From: Lingula anatina
Taxonomy: Eukaryota; Animalia; Brachiopoda
Length of the DNA: 64,000 nt
Assembly (NCBI GenBank): GCA_051362555.1
Contig: CM120644.1
Location: 21,722,534 to 21,786,533, forward strand
Direction: 5' to 3'
In this document: piece after piece, positions 36,855-49,181 of the stretch
How positions within the stretch are numbered: position 1 is the stretch's first letter
How the letters are laid out: each line of letters begins with the position of its first letter
Position numbers and translations under genes: made by a program
Notes under the pieces: model-generated
Told to the model about the DNA's origin: nothing
Database searches by the model: none
What the model saw: only the letters and a program-made list of their open reading frames with translations

Positions 36855-37660
36855 TTAGTAAGTAAATATGTTTATTAAGACATGGCAACCAAAAGGTTGA
36901 AGTTATACGTAAAATGGAGTGAAGAGAAAATATACAAATTTACAAATTAAAATATTGATATATAATACAGAATATGCGAATAGAACTTAATGAGATTAAA
37001 AAAAAATAAATAAAATAAATTTTTGCACAGGCACCTGAAAGTTAGTTTAAAAGAGGATTGAGTAATGAAAATTAAATACAATAAAGGCCAAAATGAGTTT
37101 CAAAAGTAAAACTCGGACCACTAATGGTTTAATAAAGAGAAAGGAATAAAATTGTTTTTAAAACGCTCAGTTCTAATTTTTGGTATGTTAAACTTTGACA
37201 GGCTATTTCTTAGTCTCCTGTGTGGATTGCAGGTTAAAAGGTAGTTCAGCTTGTCTGTGTCATTTTGCATTTTTGCAAAAAGAAAAAAAAAGATTTGCAG
37301 AGTTCAAATCTGGGCTCTTATAATGTAATAAGTTTTGCTTTGGCTAGAGCATCAACATAAATTAATTCAGGGGAAATTATCCTTAGTGCCCTTGACTGGA
37401 TGGATTTTATTATTTTACATTGTTCTCCAGTTAATCCAGGGTGCCACACAGGACAAGCATATCCAACCACAGTCCGAATTAAACTCTGATATACCTGAAA
37501 ATGATCAGATGAGGACAGTTTAGCACGTTTTTTGCATTCTTTTTTATAGATAAAATCAACATGTTCAGACCATTTAAGATTGTTAGTAATAAAAACTCTC
37601 AACAGTTTGAAATGGGATACTTCACTGACACGAGTTCTTCTAATATTAACTGATAGATAT
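36855..37660 (-). mobile_element. 5'-truncated CR1-group LINE, 3' end
   Basis: FKLL.VFITNNLKWSEHV...YQSLIRTVV.YACPVWHP...IQSRALRII post-RT motifs; minus-strand AATAAA and short TTAC repeat tail near 36860. Confidence 0.8.
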
Positions 37661-38153
37661 TTTCTCTTTGATTGTGTAAACGTGGTGACGTGGCAACGGA
37701 GCCGGCAGACGATACCCCGACCTAAAACCATGTGTACTGCCAGCGACGCGCTGGGGGTACAAATTAAATAATTCTATAAATTTCCTCACTCTCAACCATG
37801 GTACATGTATAAGAGGAGGTAGCAGAAATTACAAAGACATTCCAAACTCCTGCTGCCTAAAAAAGTACAGCAGTTCATTCTAGGTCTATCATTTATCTAC
37901 AAAAAATAAATATATATAAAAATAAATAAAAATAAAATTAAAATAAAAAAATCGAAAATTTCTAAAATCAAACACCTCTACCGCAGGACATATACCCGGT
38001 ATTTACCACTAACTCACAAACGCACAAATAAACGCATGCGCACCCGTTCATACGTCTGTTACGCAACCTGTGTCATGTGGGATGTTATAACTGCATATTG
38101 CATCACCAGCATGCAGGTAGTCGATATTTTGATCGGCATATCACCTTGTCAAG

Positions 38154-38530
38154 ATGAAGTGGAGTGTGTGTCGTACGATGCTGGGATTTCTTTTCGTTGG
38201 TTTTTGCCTTTTTGTCATCGCATTGTACACGTACGTGGCAGGTAAGACCTTCTTTCGCTCTCTCTTTCTCATGTTCTCCTACATAAAATCAAAATATTGT
38301 CTGTAAGAATGAATTGAAGTTTTCAAGTGTACAAGTGGAAAGCATAATCATCACGCGTCTGAAATATTCAATTTTATACTCCAAGCTGCATTTAATGAAT
38401 TCTAGGGCGTCTTAGGCGTGATACTACTCACCTTAAGGTTGAGGAAAAGGTAGACGAGCTCGAAGCGACTACAATACCTATACAAGATATAATGGCAATG
38501 ATGGGAAATGGACATAGTGAAAATGATCAG
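38154..38530 (+). CDS. Sulfotransferase copy 4, coding exons 1 (38154-38241) and 2 (38406-38530)
   Basis: MKWSVCRTMLGFLFVGFCLFVIALYTYVA, G|gtaag; ttctag|GG...GATCAG|gtaag. Confidence 0.85.
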
Positions 38531-40456
38531 GTAAGAAATCAGTGTATGCACCAAATATGGTAAGTTTTGTACATTGTCACATATAACAGATAAGAAATGT
38601 GAGAGATATTTTTTTAAAGATCTGTATTAAGACTGGTAATGGTATGAAAGCAAATACCTCAAGTTTTACTGGAAAAAATATCTTTGTTAATATTGACAAA
38701 CTAAATTGAAAGATAATAAAAAATAATAAAAAGTGCACAATGAAACAACACATGCATGATTCATAAAACCTGATGTACGAAAAAAAAAAAAAAAAAAAAA
38801 AACTGATGTACAATATACAAACTATATGACAATCTATATACCAGTACAGAAATAAATTGAAATTGAAAATAATTGTTAATACTGACAAACTATATTGAAA
38901 GATAATAAAAAACAATAAAAAGTACACAGTGAAACAACACATGCATGGTTCATAAAAACCTGATGTTTGAAAAAAAAGTGATGTACAATATGCAAACTAT
39001 AATTTACTACACGCAGTTCATTTTGATATTGCAAAATATTTTTCTCTGTATGCTACTTTCATAGCATGAATTATCAATCTAGAACGAACATGTTGTATGT
39101 CATGAACTACAACTATTTCTCTCAAGATCTAGATTATTCCATTTTCTCAAATAAACCGTACTTTGAAATGAAAAAAGTAAACCATGAAAAAGCTGGCAGA
39201 TTTTATGGAGGGTTAATTTCACACTCATTGTTTCACATAAAAATACGCTTTAGGTTTTAAAAATCGAGATAGGTTAGAGGAATATAGATCATTTGTATTT
39301 TAAACATCAGTTGCTCAAAAACATCTAATTAAACCCATATAATTTGTTGCAAGCATCATTACTTCATAAATTCAAGCTGCAGATTAAAAATTCATCCCTA
39401 CACATGCAAAAGAATAATCAAACGCCATTACATTGCACACTTTCTGTGGATTTTAATGGGGTTTTAATATGGCCTCTTTTGAATACGGATGGTGTTAAAT
39501 ACAAAAACGCTCATAATTACCCATGTTACTATCAATTACTAATTTTCACACACCTTTCTTTTGTGTGCCTAGTATACAGTTATTCATGTCAGTAGAGGGA
39601 GTGCTCCCCACGTGCACGATAGAGAACTGGCAGCAGGACATTCCGTCTTAAAGTGCCACCAATCTTTGCTTTGGGATTCATAGCAGGGCTTTTGGTGGGT
39701 TGGATTATGAGTAGAATGTTGTTGTCGTTTATAAAATCTCTTACCAAGCGATTACCAAGCGAAAGTTACCCTAGAATATTGCACGTGCAAATAGAATCTA
39801 ATGATTTTGTGAGATATTTCTGTAAGCCACAGCTTTAAAGTTTTCTTCCAGAAGAACCGATTGGCTGGCCCCAATGGAACAAAAACACCACAAACATGGA
39901 CAGAACCGTCCCCTCTTGTACATTTTGTAACATATGTCCTCCAGTGAGACGACACCGGCAGACGGCACCGGTGTGAAAGGAATGCATGTCCCCGAGGAAA
40001 ACATGTCCTGTGAACGAGCGTTCCCTGGGATGTACTGTCCTACCCGGACCTAGATTCCCATCTGTATTTATATGCCGTTAGGCCATTTATTCCTGTCGGA
40101 CATAATTTCCTTTCACATAAACACACAAACGCATGTCCTACATAATTAATGTCCGTGGCCGAATTTCATTGGTAAGTGGACGCATAAGGGCATATGCTTT
40201 CTAGTTTCACCTAAAAATACAAATAATTAAAATGGGAAATGCGGGATCCATATGAAAGGCAAAATTGCGCTCAGAAGAATGTTAAGACAAATAGTAAAAA
40301 TACATGTATAAACAATAACAGACACATTCAATTCATCTATCATATAATTATACACGCTTCATTTACGGTCTCAAAGTGCATATGATGTCTCTGTAACCAC
40401 AAATATTCCCAGTGATCATCAAGACGCCAAATATGAAATGATTAATTGTCACTCGA

Positions 40457-40526
<70 letters not shown>

Positions 40527-40858
40527 AGTTCCAGGACACCTTGAATGTCACCAAGAAATATCCAACTAGTACTTGTAAGTGTGTATACCACAAAAGGGTG
40601 GTTATTTTACACACTCGTTTTTCACCGACAAAACTGTAAGACGTAAGTGTGTGATGTGTATAAAGGACAAAAAACATTGGTTAGAAATGGGCAAAATCCA
40701 AAGCTGTGTACTCCAGACATACAGTTGTATGTGGATGGACGATGAACAACAATGGCATTAATGTAATGTGGAGACCGAGATATTTCATAAGGTACAGTGA
40801 ATGGTGCGAATCTCATATTTTTCATATTAATAGGAAATAAAATGAAAATCTATATATA

Positions 40859-43181
40859 CAACATTGGTCAAAAAGGTTGTCCCACCCCCAGTTCCATGTG
40901 CTTTTATTTATAAATGATTACATCACATCACAGGTGTTTATTGCTATGAATGGTGATTTACATTCCAAATAACATAACTAACATGATTAGTGGTACAGAT
41001 AATAAAAACTTGTGGGTAAGATATCCATATTTAATACCATTTATTCACATTTATTTCATGTACCCCCTCAAATCCGATGTTCCACTGCTATTTCCACGGA
41101 GGTAAAGAAATGCCCATTTAAATTTAAATGGCACCACCAAATTTACTGACATTTAGCATTAGGGTGTGCTCGTTAAGGGCCACGTGTCTATTAGCGTGTG
41201 TGGCTACCGTGCACTGTAATTACCTCCTGTAGACGGCGCCACTGCCTTCAACAAGAGTAACAATTCTGTTTTGTGGGATATTGCACCATGTTTCCTAAAA
41301 AGCTTGGCGGAATTGGGCCAGACTATTTGCCGCTTGGTTCTCCTCTGGACACCCTGAGCTTCAGAGCTAACTTGACACTAACCTCTTCACTGTAGCCTAT
41401 CTTCATCGTGTCAAGTAACCTCTGACCAGATTCGATTGCCTCCGCCGCCCGCCAATCAAATTTAAAAGCCCACACTCAATGACTCATTAAACGATCTAGC
41501 CAATGAACGCGAACGAGTCAAAGCGCGCTTTGTTCAAATCCGGACTAATCAAAGATAAGGCTGAATATCAGGGACTTGCCGTAACCTGTGGGCAGCACGC
41601 AAATTACATCGTCTCTCAGTAGATAATGATGCAGGGCCTCAAACTGCTAGACCCTATGGTTTCAATTCCGATTTACTCATATTTTGCAAAGAATCAAGAG
41701 ATAACTTAACACATTCTTTTTCGTAGTCACTCGCCTTGCTTTCTTTGTGTACGGTAATACACTCGGAACTACTCGGATGTCTCCGCACTCGACAATAACT
41801 ATGTTGTTAGTATGGAGCTTGCGGAATCAGCCGAGGATTGCCGATTGACGGTCAACCAATCAGCGTTTTCACCAAACTTTGGTGAAAAATTTTGAAACAT
41901 GGATTTGATTGGCTTATATAAACTAGGTCAAACTATTTTCGTCAGAGGTTACTTGACACGATGGAGATAGGCTACAGTGAAAAGGTTAGTGTCAAGTTAG
42001 CTCTGAAGCTCAGGGTGCCTCTGGATTGCACACTTCAATTCGTGCCACGGGTGCTCAGTAGGTTTATTATCAGGATTCATAGATGGTTAGTCTAGCTTCA
42101 GAACATTGGGTTTCTTGCAACAAATCACTCACCAGACGAGAACTGTGTGCAAGCGTGCTGTCATGATGAAGCCTGGATTACCCCCGAAGTCCCCTCTTGA
42201 AGATGGAATGAGGTATCAGTTGAGAATGTTAGGTTCAGTGACCCAGAACTATCAAAACTTGGTCAACCATTTCTGGGAACAAGGTGGTTTTGCTGAAGGA
42301 TCAAGGTTCTTCTTGTATGCCTTCGATGGTCAAATTAGGGCCCGTAGACATGTTGCTGAAAGCATTTTAGATTGTTTGTGTAGGATAATATCGCCTGAGG
42401 TGTCAGGTCAGTCCAGGTTTGGAGAGAATACCAAGCTCATGGTTTTAGTGCATTGTTCTTTCCGGAAAAGAACGTTATTGGAGCAATTCACTGAAACGTT
42501 CTCAACAAATATATCACGTCATTTGCAAGAGGTGACTCCAGGGATATTGCAGGCGTCATCGTGGAAATGCACTTGCTCACAAATCTCGTTTGCTGAGTGA
42601 TTTGTTGCAGAAACCAAATGTTCTGAGGATGGGTCAAACACCTTTGAGCCCAGTTATTAACCTAACTAAACATCTGTGGCATGAATTGAAGTGTGCAATG
42701 CAAAGGAGAATCAAACTCCTAATAATCTGGACCAACTCCCCCCAAGTCCTTTAGGAAGAATGGGACAAAATCCCATAAAACAGGATGGTAACCTTTGTTG
42801 AAGGCAGGCCGCGCCACCTACAGGAGGTAATTACAGTACGCGGTAAACACAAACGCTATTGGACAAGGAGCCTTTAACTAGCACACCCTAATGCTAAATG
42901 TGTGTAAATTTGGTGACATTCGGTGGAGTCATTTCAATTTAATGGACATTTCTTTACCTCCGTGAAAATCACAGTGAAACGACGGATTTGAGGGGGTACA
43001 TGTAATAAATGTGAATAAATGGTATTAAATATTGATTTCTTCACCGCTAGTTTGTATTTCCTGTACCACTAATAGCCAAATGTTAGTTATGGTATCTGGA
43101 ATGAAAATCACCATTTATAACAATCTTCACTTGTGATGTGATCATTTATAAATAAAAGCACATGATACTGAAGGCGGGATA
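40859..43181. mobile_element. Tc1-derived fold-back element (right terminus clipped) in intron 2 of copy 4
   Basis: Left TIR TA|CAACATTGGTCAAAAAGG; transposase C-terminal remnants on both strands (EHPWHELKC on -, KHLWHELKC on +). Confidence 0.8.
41350..42017. mobile_element. 668-bp MITE with about 77-bp TIRs and 8-bp TSD (hAT- or P-like)
   Basis: CACCCTGAGCTTCAGAGCTAACTTGACACTAACC ... GGTTAGTGTCAAGTTAGCTCTGAAGCTCAGGGTG, flanked by CCTCTGGA twice; empty site at 62975-62982. Confidence 0.92.
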
Positions 43182-43405
43182 ATGGATTGATGAAATGGAC
43201 AGAACACGAACCCGATCGAGATAGTTTGACTTGTTTGATATCTTCCCTCTTCTTCTTCTTATTGATTTAAAGCCTAAAACCTATTTTACGTGCAATAATC
43301 TTCAATATAAAGGCGAAATATGCGATTAAATTAAAGTACCCTGTAAATGAAAACGATTAAGTGATATAATAGGTAAAGTGGAGAGTCCGAAAATGTGTGT
43401 GTCAT

Positions 43406-43442
<37 letters not shown>

Positions 43443-43619
43443 ACTTACATTACTGCTTTAAGATTCAGTGTCTTCAAAATGTACCTGAGGTCAAACCAAG
43501 TTTAAAAACTACTGTTGATCTAAATTATATCAAGATGAACATCTGATTTTATAGGCAAAGTGTGCCAGCGTAAGGAGCTCCTAGATGTCAAATAATGCAA
43601 AGCCTGTTATTACTTTCAG

Positions 43620-44567
43620 CAGAGCGGATTGGATGATGACCTCATTCCCGAAAAATGGCTTGAGGAAATACAAAGAAGAAAGAAACTTGTGTCCGAGGCA
43701 TGCCAGAAGTATAAAACGGAAAAAATACATTTGACAAAAGAATGGATTGAAGAAAACGGCAGTCATCTCATCGTAGAAGACCAGTATAAAATCATATATT
43801 GCCGCGTACCTAAATCTGGGAACACAAGTTGGAAGCGCTTATTGCTAGCATTGTCTGGTATTATAAACGATACTTCTATGGCTCATGGCAAAAAGGGGCT
43901 AAACCCACGTGAAGGAGTTAATAGATATTTGCATACGTTGGATATGCTGCCGTTTTCGGAAGCAAAACAAAAACTTAAGACCCACTTGAAAGTTATGTAT
44001 CTTAGGCACCCCTTAGAACGATTACTTTCTGTATATCGTAATAAGTTGGAAAGAAATCCTTGGACACATGATGGTGTCTCTTCACAAGTGGTTCCATACG
44101 TTATGAAACACTATCGCGGTGTAGAGCCCATTCTTCCCGTCAGAGTGAGCAGAAGCCGTGGACGGATATCTGGTGTCCTTCCATCTGGAGAAGAGTTCAG
44201 TTTTCCAAAAGACGAACTTCCAAGTTGGGTACCAAAGATAACATTTGAAGAATTCCTTCGTTATGTTGGTGACAATCCAAACTTTCTGAATGGTCATTGG
44301 GCGCCCCCAAACGATTTATGTCACCCATGCGTCATTCAATATGACGTCATAGGGTATTTTGGGACAATAAGCGAAGATGCAAACAACATTTTGAAACTAG
44401 TGCATGCGTACCCAGCATTCAAATTTCCAAATATGTACCTTAATCCAGAAACAACGTCTAATTTGGTGAATAGATATTATTCAAATGTATCAAAATCGAC
44501 GTTGCAGAAAATTCGTCCAATTTACGCACTTGATGCAGCAATGTCGGCTGCTAATTTACGTATTTAG
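43620..44567 (+). CDS. Carbohydrate sulfotransferase (CHST11-like), copy 4, catalytic exon 3
   Basis: tactttcag|CAGAGC; open 948 nt; 3'-PB motif reads RLLSVY. Confidence 0.9.
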   Translation, partial: QSGLDDDLIPEKWLEEIQRRKKLVSEACQKYKTEKIHLTKEWIEENGSHLIVEDQYKIIYCRVPKSGNTSWKRLLLALSGIINDTSMAHGKKGLNPREGVNRYLHTLDMLPFSEAKQKLKTHLKVMYLRHPLERLLSVYRNKLERNPWTHDGVSSQVVPYVMKHYRGVEPILPVRVSRSRGRISGVLPSGEEFSFPKDELPSWVPKITFEEFLRYVGDNPNFLNGHWAPPNDLCHPCVIQYDVIGYFGTISEDANNILKLVHAYPAFKFPNMYLNPETTSNLVNRYYSNVSKSTLQKIRPIYALDAAMSAANLRI

Positions 44568-45928
44568 TTAAAGATGCATTTGAAGTCGATCTTTTGCCAC
44601 AAAAGCCGACCAAATGTTACCACATCCAAATAGTGTAATTTACAGGACTACCGAAAAACTTTGCTTAATGTTAAAGTGATATTTGAACGGATTTTCTGCT
44701 TGCTTTCTGTGATTTTTAGGTTACCCAAGTAGTAAGATAAGATGTTGGGGCACGGTCTTTACAAGAATAAAGTAGGTTACTGGATAGATAAGTAGGCAGT
44801 ATGTTAGATAAGTAGCTATGTTAGATAAGATCCGTGAGATAAGCAGGTCATATTTACGACCAAAACTTATAGAAATTGCTGTTTATAGCTCTTTTTTGTC
44901 TGATCTTGTGATTAAATCGATTTATTCCTTGGTATGTTGACATTATTTGAGTCATTAGAAACTAATAGAAAGGGTGTAAATGCGTTACTGGGAATTCACG
45001 CTCCACAAACGTTCCGTTCAAATGTACCTTTAAACTGAGTTTGCGTTCTGTTAACACGTCAAGTGGGAATAAAGCTGTACTACAAGTAACAAGGACTATG
45101 CCATTGAAAATGCTTATGTTTGAAAAGTGAAAATCCCCCCCCCCCCCACACACACACTAATTTGCGTAAATGTAAACTGATCATGCTCATTTTAGAAAGC
45201 AACCTGCCTCTTTACCAAACAAAGCCACTCAGTAAATTTACAAACAATGATAAATAAAATAAATATGTTTAGAAGTTAAGTTGTGCAAAAACCCAGAATA
45301 ATTATCGTAAATATAAACCAATCATCTCGATTTTCAGAAGCAATCTGCCTCTTTGCCAATTCAAGCAGAGCCACTCAGAAAAACTAAAGTAAAACAAAAG
45401 TACTGTATGGCAGTTATGGGCCGATCGTCATGTGTAGGACAGCGACGGCGACAGACAGACCAATCAGAATATAGACAGACACTTATAGTGTCTGTAAATA
45501 AAAATTAAAGTCAACCAATCCCAGGAACAGCCCAAACCCCAGGCGCACGGAAAACCCAAAGAGCCCAAATAGTCCATCCTGATTAAATATATAATTACAT
45601 AAATGTCCTTCCTCAACCATTGTACATGTATAAGAGAAGATAGCAGAAATAACAAAGGCATTCCAAACTCCTGCTGCCCAAAAAAGTTAAGCAGTTCATT
45701 CTAGGTCTAACATTCAAAAAAAAAAAATAAATAAATAAATAAAAAAAAAATAAAATAAAATAAAAAAAGGACAGATATTTACCACAAACTCACAAACGCA
45801 CAAATAAACGCATGCGCACACGTTCACACGTCAGTTACGTAGCCAGTGTCATGTGGGGTGTTACATTAGCATTTTCATCACCAGCATGAAAGTAGTCGTT
45901 ATCTCAATCGGCATATCACCTTGCCAAG

Positions 45929-46307
45929 ATGAAGTGGAACGTGTGTCGTACGGTGCTGGGATTTCTTTTCGTTGGTTTTTGCCTTTTTGTCATCGCATTG
46001 TACACGTACGTGGCAGGTAAGACCTTATTTCGCTCTCTCTTTCTCATGTTCTCCTACATAAAATCAAAATATTGTCTGTAAGAATGAATTTAAGTTTTCA
46101 AGTGTACAGCTGGAAAGCATAACCATCACGCGTCTGAAATACTCAATTTTATACTTATAAAGCGGCATTTAATGAATTCTAGGGCGTCTTAGGCGTGATA
46201 CTACTCACCTTAAAGTTGAGGAAAAAGTAGATCAGCTCGAGGCGACTACGATACCTATACATGATATAATGGCAATGATGGGAAATGGACATAGTGAAAA
46301 TAATCAG
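45929..46307 (+). CDS. Sulfotransferase copy 5, coding exons 1 (45929-46016) and 2 (46183-46307)
   Basis: MKWNVCRTVLGFLFVGFCLFVIALYTYVA, G|gtaag; ttctag|GG...AATCAG|gtaag. Confidence 0.85.
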
Positions 46308-47313
46308 GTAAGAAATATGTGTATGCACACATGCGTGATTAATACAAAACTGCAAAATATAATTTACTTCCTGCAGTTCACTTTGACATAAGGGAATTGC
46401 AAAACATTTGTCTCTGAATGCTACTTTCATACCACGAATCATCAATCTAGAACGAACATGTTGAATGTCGTGATCTATAACGATCTATCTCAAGTTCTAG
46501 AATATTCCATGTTTTCAAATAAACCATATTTTTCAATGAAAAAAGGAAACCATGAAACCACTCGAAGCTCGCAGATTTTATGGATGGTTTTCACGCATTA
46601 TTTCACATAAAAATGTGCTTTACGTTTTAAAAGTCGATGTTAACATTGTGAGAAAGGTTAGAGGAATACGTGTGTTTTGGAAATTTGCTGAATCATGGCA
46701 CAAGTTCAAGGCCAAAATTTGCTATACAGCCCGTGTGTATCTCGCAACTTGTACTGCAATCGGATGTCACACTACACTACATAGTGACAGTGGAATTAGC
46801 TTGTGATTTTAGACTGTATGCAATTATATTGTCGGTGTCCCGAGTGAATATATTCACTTAAAATTAGCTTCATCTGTAATATTCATCAAAATAACATGAA
46901 TCCATGTGTAAAGCTTTACATACTACTGGTATCTAACATAGCGACCAGCTGTGAATGTAGCTGCATACCGTGTAGCACTCAAGAAGATCATTTTAAGAAT
47001 ATTACTGTTTGCACAACGTCAGGTATTATGTAGGTTTGTATATTCAAGCATATTTTACATTTCAGTGATTTAATTAAAAAATGATAGTTTGATTATTTTA
47101 ATTAATTGCACCGTTGTCTAGTAACAACAGCAAATAAAGAGAAAATACAATTCACATTCAGCAATGTTTTAATTTGCCTTTTTTGTATGTTTAGACCTAA
47201 AACTTGCTGGGTTTTTACCACAAAATAAGTCACTGTGTCCAAAACCTCACCAAACATAAAAAATTATTTTGTCCTACAGCAAATAACACAATTTAAAATA
47301 AAATAATGATATC

Positions 47314-47384
<71 letters not shown>

Positions 47385-47394
47385 CTAACTAAAG

Positions 47395-47650
47395 TTTGCG
47401 GCAACTAGTTTGCCGGAGTTTGCAAGATATGTTTGTATATTGCTGCTAATTTGCAGAAAATTTGAAATAACAATTTAAGTTTGCAGCAGGTTTGCAAGAA
47501 AGTCTTTATGTTCTGGCAAATTTGCGGCAAATAAGCAGCAAATTTGTAGAAAACTTGAAGCGAATTTGCAAGAATTTGCCAGAACAAAGAATTTCTGCCA
47601 GAATTTTTGTGAATGAGCGAAAGAGTTTGCGATATGCGTGATATTTTGCT
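47395..47650. repeat. TTTGC(A/G)GCAA-motif-rich transposon-like remnant (second copy about 51941-52200)
   Basis: Dense TTTGCAAG/TTTGCGGCAA/TTTGCCAG motifs next to a (TA)n run; no full termini visible. Confidence 0.5.
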
Positions 47651-48016
47651 AAGGGAGAGTTCCTCGAGACGTTGGGGGATGTTAAACATTGTGTACAGCC
47701 AAGTGTAAAAACTATAATTAATCTGAACGATGTCAAGATGACCTCCTGGCTTTATGGACAAAGTATTCCAGCGTAAGGAGAACCATGATGTCAAAATTGA
47801 GATATTACGTGTGTTATTGTGGACACAATATCATTGTGAAGACATTCCCATTTTCCTAGAGTGAAATATTTATAACATTTTCGTGGGGCCTGATAATAAT
47901 TGACACTAGTCGCTGAGAATGCTTAGATTTTTCTCCAGATAGTAATAAAAAAATCGATTAAATACTCACCACAAACCTTTTCTTTGACCATTCGTGAACA
48001 TGCAAACCACGAGTAG

Positions 48017-48052
<36 letters not shown>

Positions 48053-48233
48053 AAGAGAAAGAAAGGAGATTTATATTAAGACGCGCATATATTCTTTACG
48101 TTGTTAAACGTTAGATCAATCAAGTGTTAAAACTCGAGCCCATGAGTATGAAATCAAAATGTGTCAGCGTAAGGAGCACCATAATGTCAAATAATACATG
48201 TCGACTAACGGCAGTACTTTTTATTTCTTTCAG

Positions 48234-49181
48234 CAGAGCGGTTTGGATGATGACGTCATTCCCGAAAAATGGCTAAAGGAAATACAAAGAAGAAAGAAAC
48301 TTGTGTCCGAGGTATGCAAAAAGTATAAAACGGCAAAAATACCTTTAACAAAAGAATGGATTGAAAAAAATGGCCACCATCTTATCGTAGAAGACCAATA
48401 TAAAATCATATATTGCCGTGTTCCTAAATCGGGGAACACAAACTGGAAGCGCTTATTACTAGCACTGTCTGGTATTATAAACGATACATCTATGGCTCAT
48501 GGCAAAAAGGGGCTAAACCCAATGGATGCAGTTAAAAGATATTTGCATACGTTGGATACGCTGTCGTTTTCGGAAGCAAAACAAAAACTTAAGACCCACT
48601 TGAAAGTTATGTATCTTAGGCACCCCTTAGAACGATTACTTTCAGCATATCGTAATAAGTTGGAAAGAGATCCTTGGACGCATCATAGCGTCTCGTCGCA
48701 AGTGTTTCCCTATGTTATGAAACACTATCGCGGTGTAGAACCCATTATTCCAGTCAGTGTTAGCCAAAGCCGTGGACGGATATCTGGTGTCTTTCCATCT
48801 GGAGAAGAGTTCAGTTTTCCTAAAGACGAACCGCCAAGTTGGGTACCAAAGATAACATTTGAAGAATTCCTTCGTTACGTTGGTGACAATCCAAACTTTC
48901 TGAATGGTCATTGGGCGCCCCCAAACGATTTATGTCACCCATGCGTCATTCAATATGACGTCATAGGGTATTTTGGGACAATAAGCGAAGATGCAAACAA
49001 CATTTTGAAACTAGTGCATGCGTACCCAGCATTCAAATTTCCAAATATGTACCTTAATCCAGAAACAACGTCTAATTTGGTGAATAGATATTATTCAAAT
49101 GTATCAAAATCGACGTTGCAGAAAATTCGTCCAATTTACGCACTTGATGCAGCAATGTCGGCTGCTAATTTACGTATTTAG
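48234..49181 (+). CDS. Carbohydrate sulfotransferase (CHST11-like), copy 5, catalytic exon 3
   Basis: ttatttctttcag|CAGAGC; open 948 nt. The ORF-track extension from 48198 runs through the branch point and polypyrimidine tract. Confidence 0.9.
   Translation, partial: QSGLDDDVIPEKWLKEIQRRKKLVSEVCKKYKTAKIPLTKEWIEKNGHHLIVEDQYKIIYCRVPKSGNTNWKRLLLALSGIINDTSMAHGKKGLNPMDAVKRYLHTLDTLSFSEAKQKLKTHLKVMYLRHPLERLLSAYRNKLERDPWTHHSVSSQVFPYVMKHYRGVEPIIPVSVSQSRGRISGVFPSGEEFSFPKDEPPSWVPKITFEEFLRYVGDNPNFLNGHWAPPNDLCHPCVIQYDVIGYFGTISEDANNILKLVHAYPAFKFPNMYLNPETTSNLVNRYYSNVSKSTLQKIRPIYALDAAMSAANLRI

Larger units (their letters stand above)
31558..43050 (+). repeat. Segmental duplication block A (paralogous to 53688-64000)
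   Basis: Collinear high identity including the 3' flank, composite TE region, CR1 fragment, exons 1-2 and Tc1 fold-back; differs by several indels. Confidence 0.9.

Noticed and set aside
42106-42600. 164-aa ORF (repeated at 63063-63557) as a novel gene
   Set aside because: TTG start; spans the centre of the Tc1 fold-back remnant; its conservation is explained by the recent segmental duplication.
48198-48233. ATG at 48198 (and 52747) as the start of an intronless sulfotransferase
   Set aside because: The segment is branch point plus polypyrimidine tract, the ATG is absent from the other copies, and signal-anchor exons with compatible phases lie upstream.
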